From the NCBI GenBank assembly GCA_020184695.1, contig JAANOX010000037.1, forward strand, positions 1 to 64,000: a DNA stretch of 64,000 nucleotides. The letters run 5' to 3'. The stretch comes from Histomonas meleagridis 2922-C6/04-290x. Lineage: Eukaryota > Protista > Parabasalia. Position 1 is the first letter of the stretch. Every line of letters begins with the position of its first letter. Shown in pieces: positions 22,244 to 34,231 of the stretch. The notes under the pieces were generated by a model that was not told the DNA's origin, did no database searches, and worked only from the letters and a program-made list of their open reading frames with translations. A program made the translations under genes and the position numbers.

Positions 22244-25200
22244 TCATTCTTTTTCCATAAGTAATTTATAAATTTCTGTTTGATCATTTTCTAACGCAAT
22301 ATCTAGCGCAGTTTCAAATAAATAAAATAATTTCCAAATATTATTATAAAATATAAAATTATTCAAATTGGCTTTAAACAAAATTAGTAAATATCTTTCA
22401 AATTAATATTAATACTTTTATTATCAAGAAGTAATTTAGCTATTTTAATTTGTTCATTTTCTATTGCTAGAATAAGCGCTGTTTCAAATATTTTATATAT
22501 TTTCCAAAAATTATTAAGATACATCAAATTGTCAAAACAAATTTTATATAAAACGAATAAAATATTTTGAGCATTTACATCAATTCCTTCTTTTTCAAGA
22601 AGTAATTTCGTTATTTCTATACATCCATTCTCAGCTGCAAACATAAGTGCAGTCCAAAATGATTTAAACATTTTCCATAAATAATTTTGATATATAAAAT
22701 CAATAAAAATAACTCTAAATAAAACAAATAAATATCTTTAGCATTAATATCGATATTTTCTAGTTTAATAAGTAATTCTGCTATTTCTATTTGAGATTTT
22801 TCTGTTGCAATCATAAGTAATGTTTTAAATAATTTAAATAATTCTTGAATATTATTTTAATACATTAAAATATTAAAATAAATATGAAACAATGTAAATA
22901 AATATCCGTTATGTTAATATCAATTACTTTTTGATCTATATATAATTTGGCTTCTTCAATGTGATTATTTTCTATAGCAAACAAAAATGCAATTTCAAAT
23001 ATTATGAATAATTTTTACATATTATTTTGAAACATCAAAATATTAATAATAACTTGATATAAAATAAATGAGTATATGTAACATTAACATCAATTCCTTT
23101 TAGGTAAAATATTATTGCTGCTAAAATAATTTGATGACTTTCTAATGCATACATAAGTCCAGCTCCAAATATTTTTGAATAAATATCAAGTTTCCTTTTG
23201 AAATATATTATTATTTAAATGAATATTAAATAAAACGAATAAACACCATTAAAATAAACATCAATTCCTTCTTGTTCAAGTAATAATTTTGAAATTTCAG
23301 TATGATTATTTTTCATTGCCAATGAAAGTGCTGTTTCAAATATTTTAAATAATTTCCAAATAATATTTTGAAAGCTGAAATTGATGAAATTAACGACAAA
23401 TATTATTAATAAACATTTTTAGTATTTATTTCTATTTCTTTTTTCCCAAGAAGTATTTTAACTATTTCTATATAACCTTTTTCAGATGCAAACATAAGTG
23501 CCGTTTCAAAAGAATCAATCAAAATCCAAATATTATTATGAATTTCTAATTCAGTAAAATAAATTCTAAATAAAAAAATTATATATCTTTATCATTAATT
23601 TCAATTTCATTGATACCAAGAAGTAATTTGGCTATTTCTATGTGACCATTATAACATGCATACATAAGTGCAGTACAAAATATTTAAAATAATTATCAAA
23701 TTTCATTTTAAATCATTATATTATCATTACAAATTATAAATAAAAAAAAATTTATATCTGTAGCATTAATAAGGATTCTTTTTTGCTTAAGGAGTAATTT
23801 AGCCATATTAATGAATCCATTTTTGGATGCTATAATGAGAGCTGTTTGAAATAATTCAAATAATTTCTAAAAATTATTTTGGGACCTCAGATTATCGAAA
23901 GAAAACCAACATGTGGTGCCACCCAAATCGATATCCTTTTGTTTAATAAAGAATTTGCAAATATCAATATAATTATTTTTTAATGCAAGCAAAAATGCAG
24001 TTTCAAAAAAGTGAAATGATTTCCAAATACCATATCAAAACTTTATAAATTATTAAACATAAACAGTTCTTTTATTTATATCAATATCATTTTGAAGAAG
24101 TAATTTGACTATTTCTATATGACCATGACCGGCTGCATACATAAATATTGTTTTAAATATTTTCAATAATTCCAATATATTACTCTTAAACATCATGTTA
24201 TTGAAATTAATTTTATATAATTAAACAAAATATCTTCAGCATAGATATCAATGGTTTCATTACTTTCAAGAAGTATTATGGCAATTTCATGTTGTTCATT
24301 TTCCAGAATTTCCATAAAAGTTGTTTTAAGTATTTTAAATTTATACCGAATTTTATTTTAGAATATTAAAGCATTAAAATATACTTCAGATAAAACAAAT
24401 GAATTTTTTTATAATCATTAAATAATAATCTTTCTTTTTCAAGTAAAAAGGTAAATATATCGATGTTTATCATTATATTTTCAGGAAACAATTTATGTTT
24501 AGAGTCTTCAACAATTTTATTTTCGTAAAGATATTTATAAATATCATTTCGATGAAATTCAATTGCTGTTTCATATGCACCTTCAAATGATGAATGATTC
24601 TGCTCACATAAATGAATGATTTCAAGAGTTCCACCTGCAACAACATATTTGCCTGTGTTTTCTATATCGGAGCCATTTATAAGTAAATATTTAAAACATT
24701 TAACTGATCCAAAAAATGCCGCATAATCAATTAATGTAACATTTTCTTTATTAACAAATGAACATCTTTCATAAAGCGATGGTTCAATTGTTTGATCAAA
24801 ATAAAAGTTTGATTGTGATGATATTTCTTGAAGTTTTTCTATTTCATCATTTCGAATTATTTTTGCAACTTCATTTGGATTATGTCCTTCTTCAATTAAT
24901 TTCTTATGAAGCTCCCAATTATTCTTTGATAATTTGTCAAAATTTTTCCGAAAATATGATAAAAACAATTTGTTCTTTTCATTATTTAAGCAACAGAACA
25001 AATTTTTTGAATAATGTGCGAAATAAACAATATGACTATAATAAACTATATCTGATCTAATTAAATTTAACTCAATCATTTTATTAAGAAGAAAATAAGA
25101 TTCTTCTAACCCAATGTTAAGGAGAAAGCGTGGAAACATTTTAACTATCTTATAACTTTCATTGTGTTTTCTTCCTTTGTTCTCAAGTTTTTGAATAAAA

Positions 25201-25463
25201 TTTATACATAAACAATAATCATTCATTCTTGATCGATATAATGAATAAACAAGTTTACATATAGTCAACTTGATACTACTTAAAGTATTGTTCTCAATAC
25301 AATAAATTGTTCTTTTAACTGTTTTTTTGATGTTATTTTCATTCAAATCAAAAATGATTTCTTCAAGAGTTTTATATAAATTTGTAAAATTGATGTTGGT
25401 ATAGTAAAAAGGCGTTGTTGGTCTTTCATTTTTTCTTTCATTGCTGCTGTTGTTATAACTCAT
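22244..25463 (-). CDS. DUF3447-ankyrin repeat gene A; 13 ankyrin loops split by 17/18-nt spacers
   Basis: Uninterrupted N-terminal part (ATG 25463; DYAAFFGSVKCFKYLL...AGGTLEIIHLCEQ), then 13 ankyrin bodies (TALMFAAENGCIEITKLLLEKEGIDVNAQN type) separated by spacer/codon cassettes. The final repeat ends ...KLLMEKE-TGA at 22244-22246. Confidence 0.8.
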
Positions 25464-26140
25464 TTCCAAAAAATGCAAATCCCAGTTTGACTTGGAAATT
25501 GGCAAAAATAGAGTTAACTCTGATAACTTTATTCAGAAAGAGTTAACTTTTTAACAACTGTTTTATCGTTTTCATTCAAATATTGTTTTGAAAAACAAAA
25601 TGAATGCATTGAATGGTAGGTGGATATGAACTTCAGATGCTTGGATTAATTTTGTAATTTCACCTGGATTACATCCTTTCGAAGGCGTTTTTTTTAAAAA
25701 ATATTCAATCACTTATCAGGAGTTTATCATAATTATCAATGATTAATGGTTAATTACTTGGAACATATAATGTATAAATATATTTCAATTTATGAAATGA
25801 AAATACCTTAATATATTCTAATTTGTTTTATGGAATTGATGCATTCCTCCTGGTTCAAGGGTTGATAAAACCATTGTTTGAAAGAAAAATATGATTCCAA
25901 TAAAAAAATTTTATTGATCAAAAAATATTCGATAATTAATGTCAGAAGTATTTTGATACTCAAATCTTCAATAAATTATTTATTTTCCATAAACATTTTA
26001 AAATTTCTCATTATCAAAAATGATCACATCAAGAATTGAACTAATTATTATATTAATAAATATCCAATAAATTTAATTTTCATTCATAATACTAATTTCA
26101 CATTGATAGATCAAAATATATTAAATATTTACTATTATTT

Positions 26141-27166
26141 CTAACTTATTATACATGATGTCTTTTGTTTTGGCTCGAATTGTACCTCCGGAATCTGATC
26201 CTCTTTTTTAGGCAGCTTCGTTTCTTCAACAGAAGGTAACTTTGGTATTGGCGAGTAAGCCATCACTTTATCTTTACTAAACTTTTCCCAATCATATTTT
26301 GTAGTTTTGGGATCAAATCCAACAGTTTCGATTGATCTTAAAAGTAATTGTATTATGTAATTATAATGTGGCACTGTATTATAATTCATTTGAATTATGT
26401 ACTCATAAATTTGAATGAATTCTGGTGGAAAGCTTCGGAATAGCTTTGCTGGTGGAATTGTCTTCTTTGCACGACGCATTTTAAACCCATGGCCATAATT
26501 CGTCCATGGGAGCTTGCCTTCAACAAGTTCCACTAAGGAATATATCCAGGCAACCAAATCATCACGTGGACATTGATCATGATATTCCATAGATTGATAA
26601 GAGGAATACTTATATGTCCCATGATAATCACACTTATTAAGTTCGGGATATGGCTTATTGGTTTTTGGATCAATATATGGTTTGGAAAGTCCAAAATCAA
26701 TTAGAACTAGGGGATTGGGATGACCAGGGCGAAGAAGAAAATTCCCTGATTTAATGTCTCGATGAACAAAGCCATGTTTGTGAAATTCTTCAATACATTG
26801 GATCATAAATATTCCTAGGCGAATGGTGGTATGAAGTGAAATTTTGTGTGTTTTGTTCTGACGTCTTGTATTTGATAATGAAGGTCCTAAGAGTTCCATA
26901 ACAAGAAACTTTTCTTTTCCAGTTTCCCCAGTATCAAAAATTTTCGGAAATAATGGTGAATCTTGAAGTGATTCAAAAAAGGTAACTTCAATATCTAGAC
27001 CTTTTTTTTCTGCATTTAAATCTTCAAGTTTCATTGCAAAATGTTGATTATCATAATCTTCAACATGATAAATATCGCCATATCCTCCCTGTCCAATCAG
27101 GCTAACGACCGTGTATCTGTTAATTGTTTCGCCTGCTCCATAAGTGTGTCTGTCTTTAGCCTTCAA
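26141..27166 (-). CDS. Casein kinase 1 / TTBK-family Ser/Thr kinase (no in-frame ATG before subdomain I)
   Basis: IGQGGYGDIY, FAMKLE, LVMELLGPSL, HRDIKSGNFLL, LIDFGLSK, DDLVAWIYSLVEL...LPW. The ORF begins at TTG. Confidence 0.9.
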   Translation of the reverse strand: MKAKDRHTYGAGETINRYTVVSLIGQGGYGDIYHVEDYDNQHFAMKLEDLNAEKKGLDIEVTFFESLQDSPLFPKIFDTGETGKEKFLVMELLGPSLSNTRRQNKTHKISLHTTIRLGIFMIQCIEEFHKHGFVHRDIKSGNFLLRPGHPNPLVLIDFGLSKPYIDPKTNKPYPELNKCDYHGTYKYSSYQSMEYHDQCPRDDLVAWIYSLVELVEGKLPWTNYGHGFKMRRAKKTIPPAKLFRSFPPEFIQIYEYIIQMNYNTVPHYNYIIQLLLRSIETVGFDPKTTKYDWEKFSKDKVMAYSPIPKLPSVEETKLPKKEDQIPEVQFEPKQKTSCIIS

Positions 27167-27794
27167 ACCAATATCTTATCGTTTCCTTTAAAATTGAAAA
27201 TTGAAATTACACGATCAATTATCGTTGAAAATCTTATCGTTTTTTCTATCGTTGTGATTTTTTACGAGAGAGCATTTCAGAACGATTAATTTCAACACAA
27301 AGATGCAATCCGTCGTCTTAAAAAGGTAAGCATTAAAATACTTGATACAAAACCTCAAAAAATTCACAATTGATAAATATAGAGAAATCAAAAATTATTT
27401 TTTTGCCGTAACAAAATTATGAATAGGTGAAAGTTCGAATGAACCTTGAGGAATCCCAATTGTTCTTGAAATAAACGGTCACACACTTCATTGGGCAAAA
27501 CAACCAGCTGAAAAACTCAAAATTAAGCAGATTAAAGAATGCTTTACAGAAAAGTGCAGGTGTCAGAAAGCACGCCACCAAAATTTTGGAGTTCTGAATT
27601 CTAAAATTTTGTGCTAGTGGCATTCTTCCAGAATTTTAAATTTACAATCAAAGTTACTACTATAATGGTCAATATATGTTGAGTCCAATTCCACTTTAGT
27701 TAGAACTGATTTTTACTGGGCTTTTTAGAAAACTGACACCATAGATCGACGGTTATGTCAGTTATTCAATTTCAACTCACAATACACATTTTTC

Positions 27795-30110
27795 ATGAAA
27801 AACATTAAAAGTGATTTTGTTCTCGGTTCTTTTAAAGAAAAATTCACGCCTGGTTCCAACCAATCCGCATTACCAACTTATGGATCATTTAATAAGCATG
27901 TTCCAGTTCTCTTTGATAATTCCCATACACATACAGTTTTTCTTTCAAGCCAAGGAATCGCCTGTGGCTTTGGATCCAATACGAGTGGTCAAATCTCAGT
28001 TAAACAAGTCAAAAACATTTCACTTCCTCAACCAATAGATTGGATTCCAGAAGACATCACAATCTCAGAGTTAGCATGTGGTGACGATTTTACTATTCTC
28101 ATTAGTCAGTCAGGCATTGTTGTTATTCGCGGATTAGAAAATACCGAATACAATAAGCCTAATCCACGTGGTCTTTCTGCATGCAACAATCACTTCTGTT
28201 TTTCATACGGTACAAGTTCAGTCTTTTTAGGTACTGTTAATGAGTCACACAAAAAATTCAATATACCAAGTCAATCACCAATTGTCTTCACTGCTATAAA
28301 CGATAACTTCGTCGCTGCTCTTAGTGATGATGGAGTTGTTTACACACTAGACTTCAATGAAAATGAAAACTTTACGAAACTTGATATTGATGTCAAGATC
28401 ATTCAAATGTGTGCAGCTAATGACTCCATTGCATTTCTTTCAAGCTCTTTTGTATTAGTTTTACGTAATCAAAATCTCACTGCCCATTATTTCCCAAAAG
28501 GTTTTGTAGCTGTTGAAGCAGTTAGTTCATTTGGAGATATTTTTGCGTTAAATGCAAAAGGAGAACTTGCTCATGGATTTACAAATGAGTCTGAGCTTCG
28601 TGTTAGTAGTCGAAAATTCTCATCAATTGCACCTTTGCCACTTAAAAATGGGCAAAGCATTGCACGTGTAGCACTTAAAGGTCGTCGGCCAATGTTTATA
28701 TTTGGCAATGTAATACGATCGCCATCGATACATAACCGAACGCCATATGCAATCGAGTTGCCAAATGTTTCCGCATCACCACAAATTGAATTGCCGCCGA
28801 TCACTCAGGAAAGTGACGAACCGTCAGATTCACGGAGTGATATTTATAGCAAAAGTAATAGTAGTATTTCTAGTACTAGCAGTAGCAGTAGTGATGAGCC
28901 TGAAGAAGAAGTAAATACAAGGAAAAAGGTGCGTACGCCCGAATTCGAGAAATTATTTACATATAATTTAATTGCAGGTGATATTATCTCATCAAAGAAT
29001 TCTGAAGATCGAGTCCGAGTAAATGGATTACAAAATAATGGAGAAATAAGTGTAACAAACATAACATCGAATGAAACATTTACACTTCCATCGAATCTTG
29101 GAGCCATTTGGAGTCAATATGACTTAGTTGATCGTGATGTATATTCAGTGTATGAATTAGTCACTTCATTTACTGATAACTTTCCGATTATCACATCCAA
29201 AGAATTATGTCATGAATATGGATATGAAATTGGTGACTTAATACAATTTGAAGACAAAGGAATTGTCGAATTCATGGGCATTGCAGCTAACAAACTTGTC
29301 TTATTAGATATCAGCACACGAAAGCCATTTTTTGCCGATGCGCTTGAATATAAAATCATGAAACGTGTCACGAAAGAACTTGATCATCAACGCGACGTCA
29401 TTTTAATTAATGGCGATTTAGTACGAATTGATGTTTCAAGTGATAATCCAACGCAAAGGTTATTCTTACCGACAGATCGAGTTAATACGCCATATGGCGA
29501 AGGTATTATCTTAGGATTTAATGATGGGACATATGTTCAAACTGATGAAATGCGAATGAATGGTTATGAAGCTGTTAAAGTCGATGTATTTACACTTAAA
29601 TTAATACGACGAATTAATTCTCCTGCGAATCGTAAAGTTATAATTAACGATGATGATATTATAGTGTCATTAAATACTGACGACTCAATATTGGGACTAT
29701 TTCCAGGTGACATTATATTATTAAAGAACAATAAATATGCAAAAGTCATCGGATTCACCAAAGATAACAAAGTTATAATACAAAAATTGGAAAATGATAA
29801 AATTCGTTATTTATATGATGATGAAGAAAATGTACAAATAATTTATAGAAGTGATTTAGGAGCTAAAAGATTTGCTGATGATAAAATCCCATTAAACGTC
29901 GGATCAAATCAAATACCAGAAACTTTGTACTTGCCCGGCGATAAGTTGAAGAATAGCGACTTCGGTGTATGCGAATTTTTGGGTTACACTAAAACAAACA
30001 TCGTGCTGAATAATATGGAGGGAAGAAGAATCGAAATAGGATTCGCGCCTTTATTGGTCCCCGAAATGTTTGAGGTGTTGCAAAGACCCGCGATGGGAAA
30101 GGTAAAGTGA
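27795..30110 (+). CDS. RCC1/BLIP-II-like propeller protein with C-terminal repeated small-barrel-like modules
   Basis: HTVFLSSQGIACGFGSNTSGQI and SELACGDDFTILIS (RCC1-like); C-half has about five GDxIxxxxxGxxxxxG-type units. Confidence 0.65.
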   Translation: MKNIKSDFVLGSFKEKFTPGSNQSALPTYGSFNKHVPVLFDNSHTHTVFLSSQGIACGFGSNTSGQISVKQVKNISLPQPIDWIPEDITISELACGDDFTILISQSGIVVIRGLENTEYNKPNPRGLSACNNHFCFSYGTSSVFLGTVNESHKKFNIPSQSPIVFTAINDNFVAALSDDGVVYTLDFNENENFTKLDIDVKIIQMCAANDSIAFLSSSFVLVLRNQNLTAHYFPKGFVAVEAVSSFGDIFALNAKGELAHGFTNESELRVSSRKFSSIAPLPLKNGQSIARVALKGRRPMFIFGNVIRSPSIHNRTPYAIELPNVSASPQIELPPITQESDEPSDSRSDIYSKSNSSISSTSSSSSDEPEEEVNTRKKVRTPEFEKLFTYNLIAGDIISSKNSEDRVRVNGLQNNGEISVTNITSNETFTLPSNLGAIWSQYDLVDRDVYSVYELVTSFTDNFPIITSKELCHEYGYEIGDLIQFEDKGIVEFMGIAANKLVLLDISTRKPFFADALEYKIMKRVTKELDHQRDVILINGDLVRIDVSSDNPTQRLFLPTDRVNTPYGEGIILGFNDGTYVQTDEMRMNGYEAVKVDVFTLKLIRRINSPANRKVIINDDDIIVSLNTDDSILGLFPGDIILLKNNKYAKVIGFTKDNKVIIQKLENDKIRYLYDDEENVQIIYRSDLGAKRFADDKIPLNVGSNQIPETLYLPGDKLKNSDFGVCEFLGYTKTNIVLNNMEGRRIEIGFAPLLVPEMFEVLQRPAMGKVK

Positions 30111-30631
30111 ATAATGTGTGTCAAATAAAAATTTGCATTTCGTTTCTACGTATTATATAATATTAAGTTAAATTCACTCGATTGTGAGCTTTACTCATAC
30201 GATATACTTCTATGTAATCTGGTTGGGTATGAATTGAGTCTGTTTGTTTGGGAAATCGGCAGTTTTGATCATTTCAGATATGGCTGTGTGAATGTGTGGT
30301 TCATCATATTTTATGTTTAGAAGTGACAAATTTTCAAAAAAAAAAAAAAAAAAAAGCTGAGACTCGAACCAAAGATAGCCAAATAAGATACAGATTTCCC
30401 ACCCATGTAGACGACTTCTCCCTGAAAGCATTTTAATATAAATTCCTTAATGATGAAAAACGATTTTCGAAAAAATTGATTTCAAATAAATATTTCATAA
30501 AAAGGGGCGCTTCAACTCAATTCCTCAATAGTTTTTTGTCGAAATTCATATCATATAAACAACTTCTGGTATTGAGCTTATATATACATTTTTTGTAAGT
30601 TCGACTGCTGATTTTTGATATCTGGATCTGA

Positions 30632-33600
30632 TCAATTTTCGTTCGTGCTTTTTTCAAGAAGTAAATTTACTATTTTTGTGTATCCTTTTTGTTCTGCAAT
30701 TTAAATTGCAGTCAAATATTGTTAAAACATGTCCAAAATTATTATAACACATTTCAAATTATTAAAATGAATAGTTTTTGCATTAACATCAATTCCTTTA
30801 TCTAAAAGTAATTTTACTATTTTTATATTATTATTTCTAACTGCAATATGAAGTGCTGTTTCAAATTATTAAAACATATTCCAAATTATTAAAACATATA
30901 TAAAATTATTCAAATGAATATATTTTGCATTAACATCAATTCCTTCTTTATCTAAAAGTAATTTTATTATTTCTATATAATTATTTCTAACTGCTATATG
31001 AAGTGCTGTTTCAAATTATTAAAACATATTTCAAATTATTAAAACATATTCCAAATTATTAAAACATATATAAAATTATTCAAATGAATATATTTTGCAT
31101 TAACATCAATTCCTTCTTTATCTAAAAGTAATTTTACTATTTCTATATTATTATTTTCAACTGCTATATGAAGTGCTGTTTCAAATTATTAAAACATATT
31201 TCAAATTATTAAAACATATTTCAAATTATTAAAACATACTTCAAATTATTAAGACATATCCAAAATTATTAAAACATATCCAAAATTATTAAAACATATT
31301 CTAAATTATTAAAACATATTCTAAATTATTAAAACATATATAAAATTATTAAAACATATTCTAAATTATTAAAACATATTCCAAATTATTAAAACATATA
31401 TAAAATTATTCAAATGAATATATTTTGCATTAACATCAATTCCTTCCTTATCTAAAAGTAATTTTACGATTTCTATATTATTATTTCTAACTGCTATATG
31501 AAGTGCTGTTTCAAATTATTAAAGCATATTCCAAATTATTAAAACATATTATAAAATATTAAAACATATTTCAAATTATTAAAACATATTTCAAATTATT
31601 AAAACATATTTTAAATTATTAAAACATATTCCAAATTATTAAAACATATTCCAAATTATTAAAACATACATAAAATTATTAAAACATATATAAAATTATT
31701 CAAATGAATATTTTTTGCATTAACATCAATTCCTTCCTTATCTAAAAGTAATTTTACGATTTCTATATTATTATTTTCAACTGCTATATGAAGTGCTGTT
31801 GCAAATTATTAAAATATATTTCAAATTATTAAAACATGTTCCAAATTATTCAAATGAATATATTTTGCATTAACATCAATTCCTTCTTTATCTAAAAGTA
31901 ATTTTACTATTTCTATATTATTATTTTTAACTGCTATATGAAGTGCTGTTGCAAATTATTAAAACATATTCCATATTATTAAAACATATATAAAATTATT
32001 CAAATGAATAGTTTTTGCATTAACATCAATTCCTTTTTGTTCTAAAAGTAATTTTACTATTTCTATATTATTATTTTTAACTGCTATATGAAGTGCTGTT
32101 TCAAATTATTAAAACATATTTCAAATTATTAAAACATATTCCATATTATTAAAACATATTCTAAATTATTAAAACATATTTCAAATTATTCAAATGAAAA
32201 GTTTTTGCATTAACATCAATTCCTTCTTTATCTAAAAGTAATTTTACTATTTCTATATTATTATTTCTAACTGCTATATGAAGTGCTGTTTCAAATTATT
32301 AAAACATATTTCAAATTATTAAAACATATTTCAAATTATTAAAACATATTCTAAATTATTCAAATTAATATATTTTGCATTAATATCAATTCCTTCTTTA
32401 TCTAAAAGTAATTTTACTATTTCTATATTATTATTTTTAACTGCAATATGAAGTGCTGTTTCAAATTATTAAAACATATTCCAAATTATTAAAACATATA
32501 TAAAATTATTCAAATGAATATATTTTGCATTAACATCAATTCCTTCTTTATCTAAAAGTAATTTTATTATTTCTATATTATTATTTTTAACTGCTATATG
32601 AAGTGCTGTTGCAAATTATTAAAATATATTTCAAATTATTCAAATGAATAGTTTTTGCATTAACATCAATTCCTTTTTGTTCTAAAAGTAATTTTACTAT
32701 TTCTATATTATTATTTTTAACTGCTATATGAAGTGCTGTTTCAAATTATTAAAACATATTCTAAATTATTAAAACATATATTAAATTATCAAAATGAATA
32801 TTTTTTGCATTAACATCAATTCCTTCTTTATCTAAAACATATTTCACAAGTTCAATATTATCTGATTCTGAAGCATATGACAAAATATCTTTTGGAATCT
32901 GATTATTTTGAAGGAAATATTTAACGAGATATAAATTTCCATTTCTTGCTGATTCATATATATCATCAACATTAACTATTTCTTTTTCTGCCAAAAATGC
33001 TAAAATTTCATAATTATCATTTTTAATACAAAAACTTACCAAATCATTTGTTTTATCTTCAGACGTTTTCGTTATTGATTGTATTTTTTCTATTTTATTC
33101 TCAAAAATATATTTAAAGATATCATTTCGATGAAATTCAATTGCTGTTTCATATGCACCTTCAAATGATGAATGATTCTGCTCACATAAATGAATGATTT
33201 CAAGAGTTCCACCTGCAACAGCATATTTACCTGTGTTTTCTATATCGGAGCCATTCATAAGTAAATATTTAAAACATTTAACTGATCCAAAAAATGCTGC
33301 ATAATCAATTAATGTAACATTTTCTTTATTAATAAATGAACATCTTTCATAAAGCGATGGTTCAATTGTTTGATCAAAATAAAAGTTTGATTGTGATGAT
33401 ATTTCTTGAAGTTTTTCTATTTCATCATTTCGAATTATTTTTGCAACTTCATTTGGATTATGTCCTTCTTCAATTAATTTCTTATGAAGCTCCCAATCAT
33501 TCTTTGAAAGTTCTTCATAATGATCCAAAAAGTATTTTTCTGTTGGATCATTTCCATTTGCCGTTTGGGCTTGTTTTTGGTTTTCTTCTTTTGCTTTATA

Positions 33601-34053
33601 ATGAGCAAAATATTTTGAATAAATATTTTTAGTGATATTTTTATCAATTAAATTTTGTTCAATCATTTTTTCGATTAAATAATATGATTCTTGTGTGTTC
33701 TTTGTAGATATACGTTTGATAAATATTGGTATTAGTTTAACGATATTTTGATTAATTTCTTCTTCTTTCATTTCAAATGCTTTTAAAAAATTTAAGTAAA
33801 TATCAAATACATACTTTCGTGATGAAAATGAATTATAAACCATGTTACTTATAATAATATTAAATGTATAGGGATAATTTAGATCAAAAAATCCCAATAC
33901 TTTTTTTAGAGAAGACTGGATGTTTTCTTCAGTCAAACTAAAAATAGTTTTCTCAAGCTCAATTAGGGATTTCAAGCATGTTGATAAATGATTCAAATTT
34001 TGATCTCCTGTGTTTATGGTAGTAATATCATCATTATGTATGTGATTTAACAT
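30632..34053 (-). CDS. DUF3447-ankyrin repeat gene B; 12 near-identical ankyrin bodies with 2-12 spacer/codon cassettes per loop
   Basis: ORF 32761..34053 (DUF3447 motifs) runs into an array of TALHIAVxNNNIEIVKLLLDKEGIDVNAK bodies (Thr codons at 32737, 32607, 32457, 32287, 32097, 31947, 31797, 31507, 31177, 31007, 30857, 30710). The last body has an in-frame TAA at 30701-30703; terminal TGA at 30632-30634. Confidence 0.75.
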
Positions 34054-34231
34054 TACAGTGTTTGCTCTCTTATGAACTGACTCTTAACGTACATTATTCT
34101 ATCAACTTATTTTAATTGTCATTTTTTAAATATTTTGATGAAAAATATCTCCAATATTTATTAAAATATCTTCATTATTTTTATATTTATTATATGGACA
34201 AAATCATTTTTTCTAAATTTAATATATTTAT

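Noticed and set aside
25560-26100. Decayed coding-like sequence on the minus strand (e.g. GCNPGEITKLIQASEVHIHLPF)
   Set aside because: Many stops and no recognisable family.
30860-32800. 20-nt periodic repeats superficially resembling a CRISPR array
   Set aside because: Variable parts are only 3 nt, the array is embedded in a eukaryotic ankyrin coding frame, and there are no cas genes.
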